A stretch of DNA of 54,974 nt, the filler included, from Sphacelaria rigidula (taxonomy: Eukaryota), in NCBI GenBank assembly GCA_964200075.2. It is 4 parts of 4 records of this genome, joined end to end, with 100 filler letters (N's around TTAATTAATTAA, not from the genome) between each part and the next. Parts side by side here need not be neighbours in the genome. Positions count along the whole stretch, not along the records: positions 41,308 to 54,974 come from CAXNAA020002735.1; 3 more parts are not named here. The stretch is one strand, 5' to 3'. Positions 53,951 to 54,974 of the stretch are shown here, piece by piece; within the stretch, counting starts at the first letter, position 1, and each line of letters begins with the position of its first letter. Below the pieces are notes generated by a model. The model saw nothing but the letters and a program-made list of their open reading frames with translations, was not told the DNA's origin and ran no database searches. Position numbers and translations under genes: made by a program.

Positions 53951-54229
53951 TTTTGATATATTTCGGACACATATGTGTGAGATGGTGTCTTGTTGTCTGG
54001 CTTGGCTGTTCAGTCTGTTGACTGGCCCGTTACCTTGCATAGTGAGCCCGTGCTCTCCATACACTTCACACAACCATATCACACTCACAGAAAATCATTG
54101 CAGCCCTCCCTCTGAAGATGACAGAATGTGCCAAAAGTACTTTGATGCTAAACGGGGTGATATCGATTTTTTTATGTTTTACACGGATTTGCACAAGGAT
54201 ATATGTTATCACTCACTCCTTCGTACAAT

Positions 54230-54560
54230 ATATATGTCTAGTGTTAGCCTATAATAATAGAGATGAAAGCAGCAAAGCAAGGTGTCAAGGTAGGGGAAGA
54301 TACGGTATCAGGATTGATGTTCGAGGATGAGTTTGTGGGGATATAGTATCAGTAACACTAGAAAGGTTGCGGAAGCAAATAGAAAAGGCGCTAGAACACA
54401 CGACGAAAGAATGGAGAATGATAGCGAACGTACAAAAATGTGCGGTACTTGTATGTAACGAAGATAAGAACCCGGTATAATTCAAATGCGGAAGTGGGGA
54501 GTAAGAGGAATTGCCGATCGTAGACCGGTATACATACCTTGATGTAGATATCTGAAAAAT
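54230..54560 (+). mobile_element. Degenerate LINE RT fragment
   Basis: Decayed GLMFEDEFVGI (FADD region)..RLRKQIEKALEH..WRMIANVQKCAVLVC..ELPIVDRYTYL. Confidence 0.75.
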
Positions 54561-54668
54561 ATATACAGGGAGGGGCGGAACGTGCTAGAGGAGGATACGC
54601 TGGAGATAAACGAAGGTGCATCAAGTCGTCTGGCGCATTAGACAGTACGGAAAAATTGATGGCCATAC

Positions 54669-54961
54669 CGGTCGCCCCGGTGGCTCAGTTGGTAACCTCT
54701 AAGCCCTCTGGCGGTCAGCTCGTGGGTTGAAATTTCGGAGCGATCTGGGAGCTTTTCTCACACAATACCCAACAGTGTGGAGAGCACATGTGTCATGGGT
54801 ATATAGAGTTCGACTTGATGATCGACGAGGGAAAGGTATTGCTGAACCCCTCCCGCGATAAAGAAAGGAAGGCAAGCACCGCAGAAGAAAGGTGGAGAAC
54901 TAAAAATGACACTTTCTACGATAGCCCCCCCCCAAAACCAGCTAAAAGTGTCACGAAAAAA
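54669..54961 (+). mobile_element. tRNA-derived SINE with 10-bp TSD
   Basis: A box TGGCTCAGTTGG at 54681-54692, degenerate B box GGGTTGAAAT at ~54724, A-tail, and TSD ATGGCCATAC at 54659-54668 and 54962-54971. Confidence 0.8.
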
Positions 54962-54974
54962 ATGGCCATACAGC

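Noticed and set aside
54672-54745. tRNA gene
   Set aside because: Degenerate B box and no clean cloverleaf. A body, A-tail and TSD identify it as a SINE head.
1-54974. Sex-determining region inferred from TE density and gene decay
   Set aside because: The contigs are merely size-sorted neighbours, and no recognisable sex-linked gene is present.

Overview
Eukaryotic, intron-rich, TE-dense sequence, most consistent with a brown alga (Phaeophyceae). This is inferred from intron style and Ectocarpus-like TE peptides. The window is not one locus. It is four contigs (13671, 13669, 13667 and 13667 bp) joined by artificial 100-bp linkers (N44-TTAATTAATTAA-N44). Contig 1 holds exons of an unidentified, possibly decaying minus-strand gene, an unknown plus-strand exon, piggyBac-like MITEs and a dead Copia. 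Contig 2 holds a LINE fragment, a degenerate Copia and two nested Ty3/Gypsy remnants. Contig 3 holds a fold-back MITE and a 12+-exon SR splicing-factor gene (RRM - RD/RS - pseudo-RRM - RS - acidic tail). Contig 4 holds two nested Gypsy elements, a LINE fragment and a tRNA-derived SINE. The standout is a ~2-kb TIR element at 46739-48728 with perfect 24-bp TIRs and an 8-bp TSD. It is filled with a unidirectional 42/43-bp repeat-spacer array (CAATATATATTG-N6-CAATATG-N17/18) whose spacers are non-repetitive.
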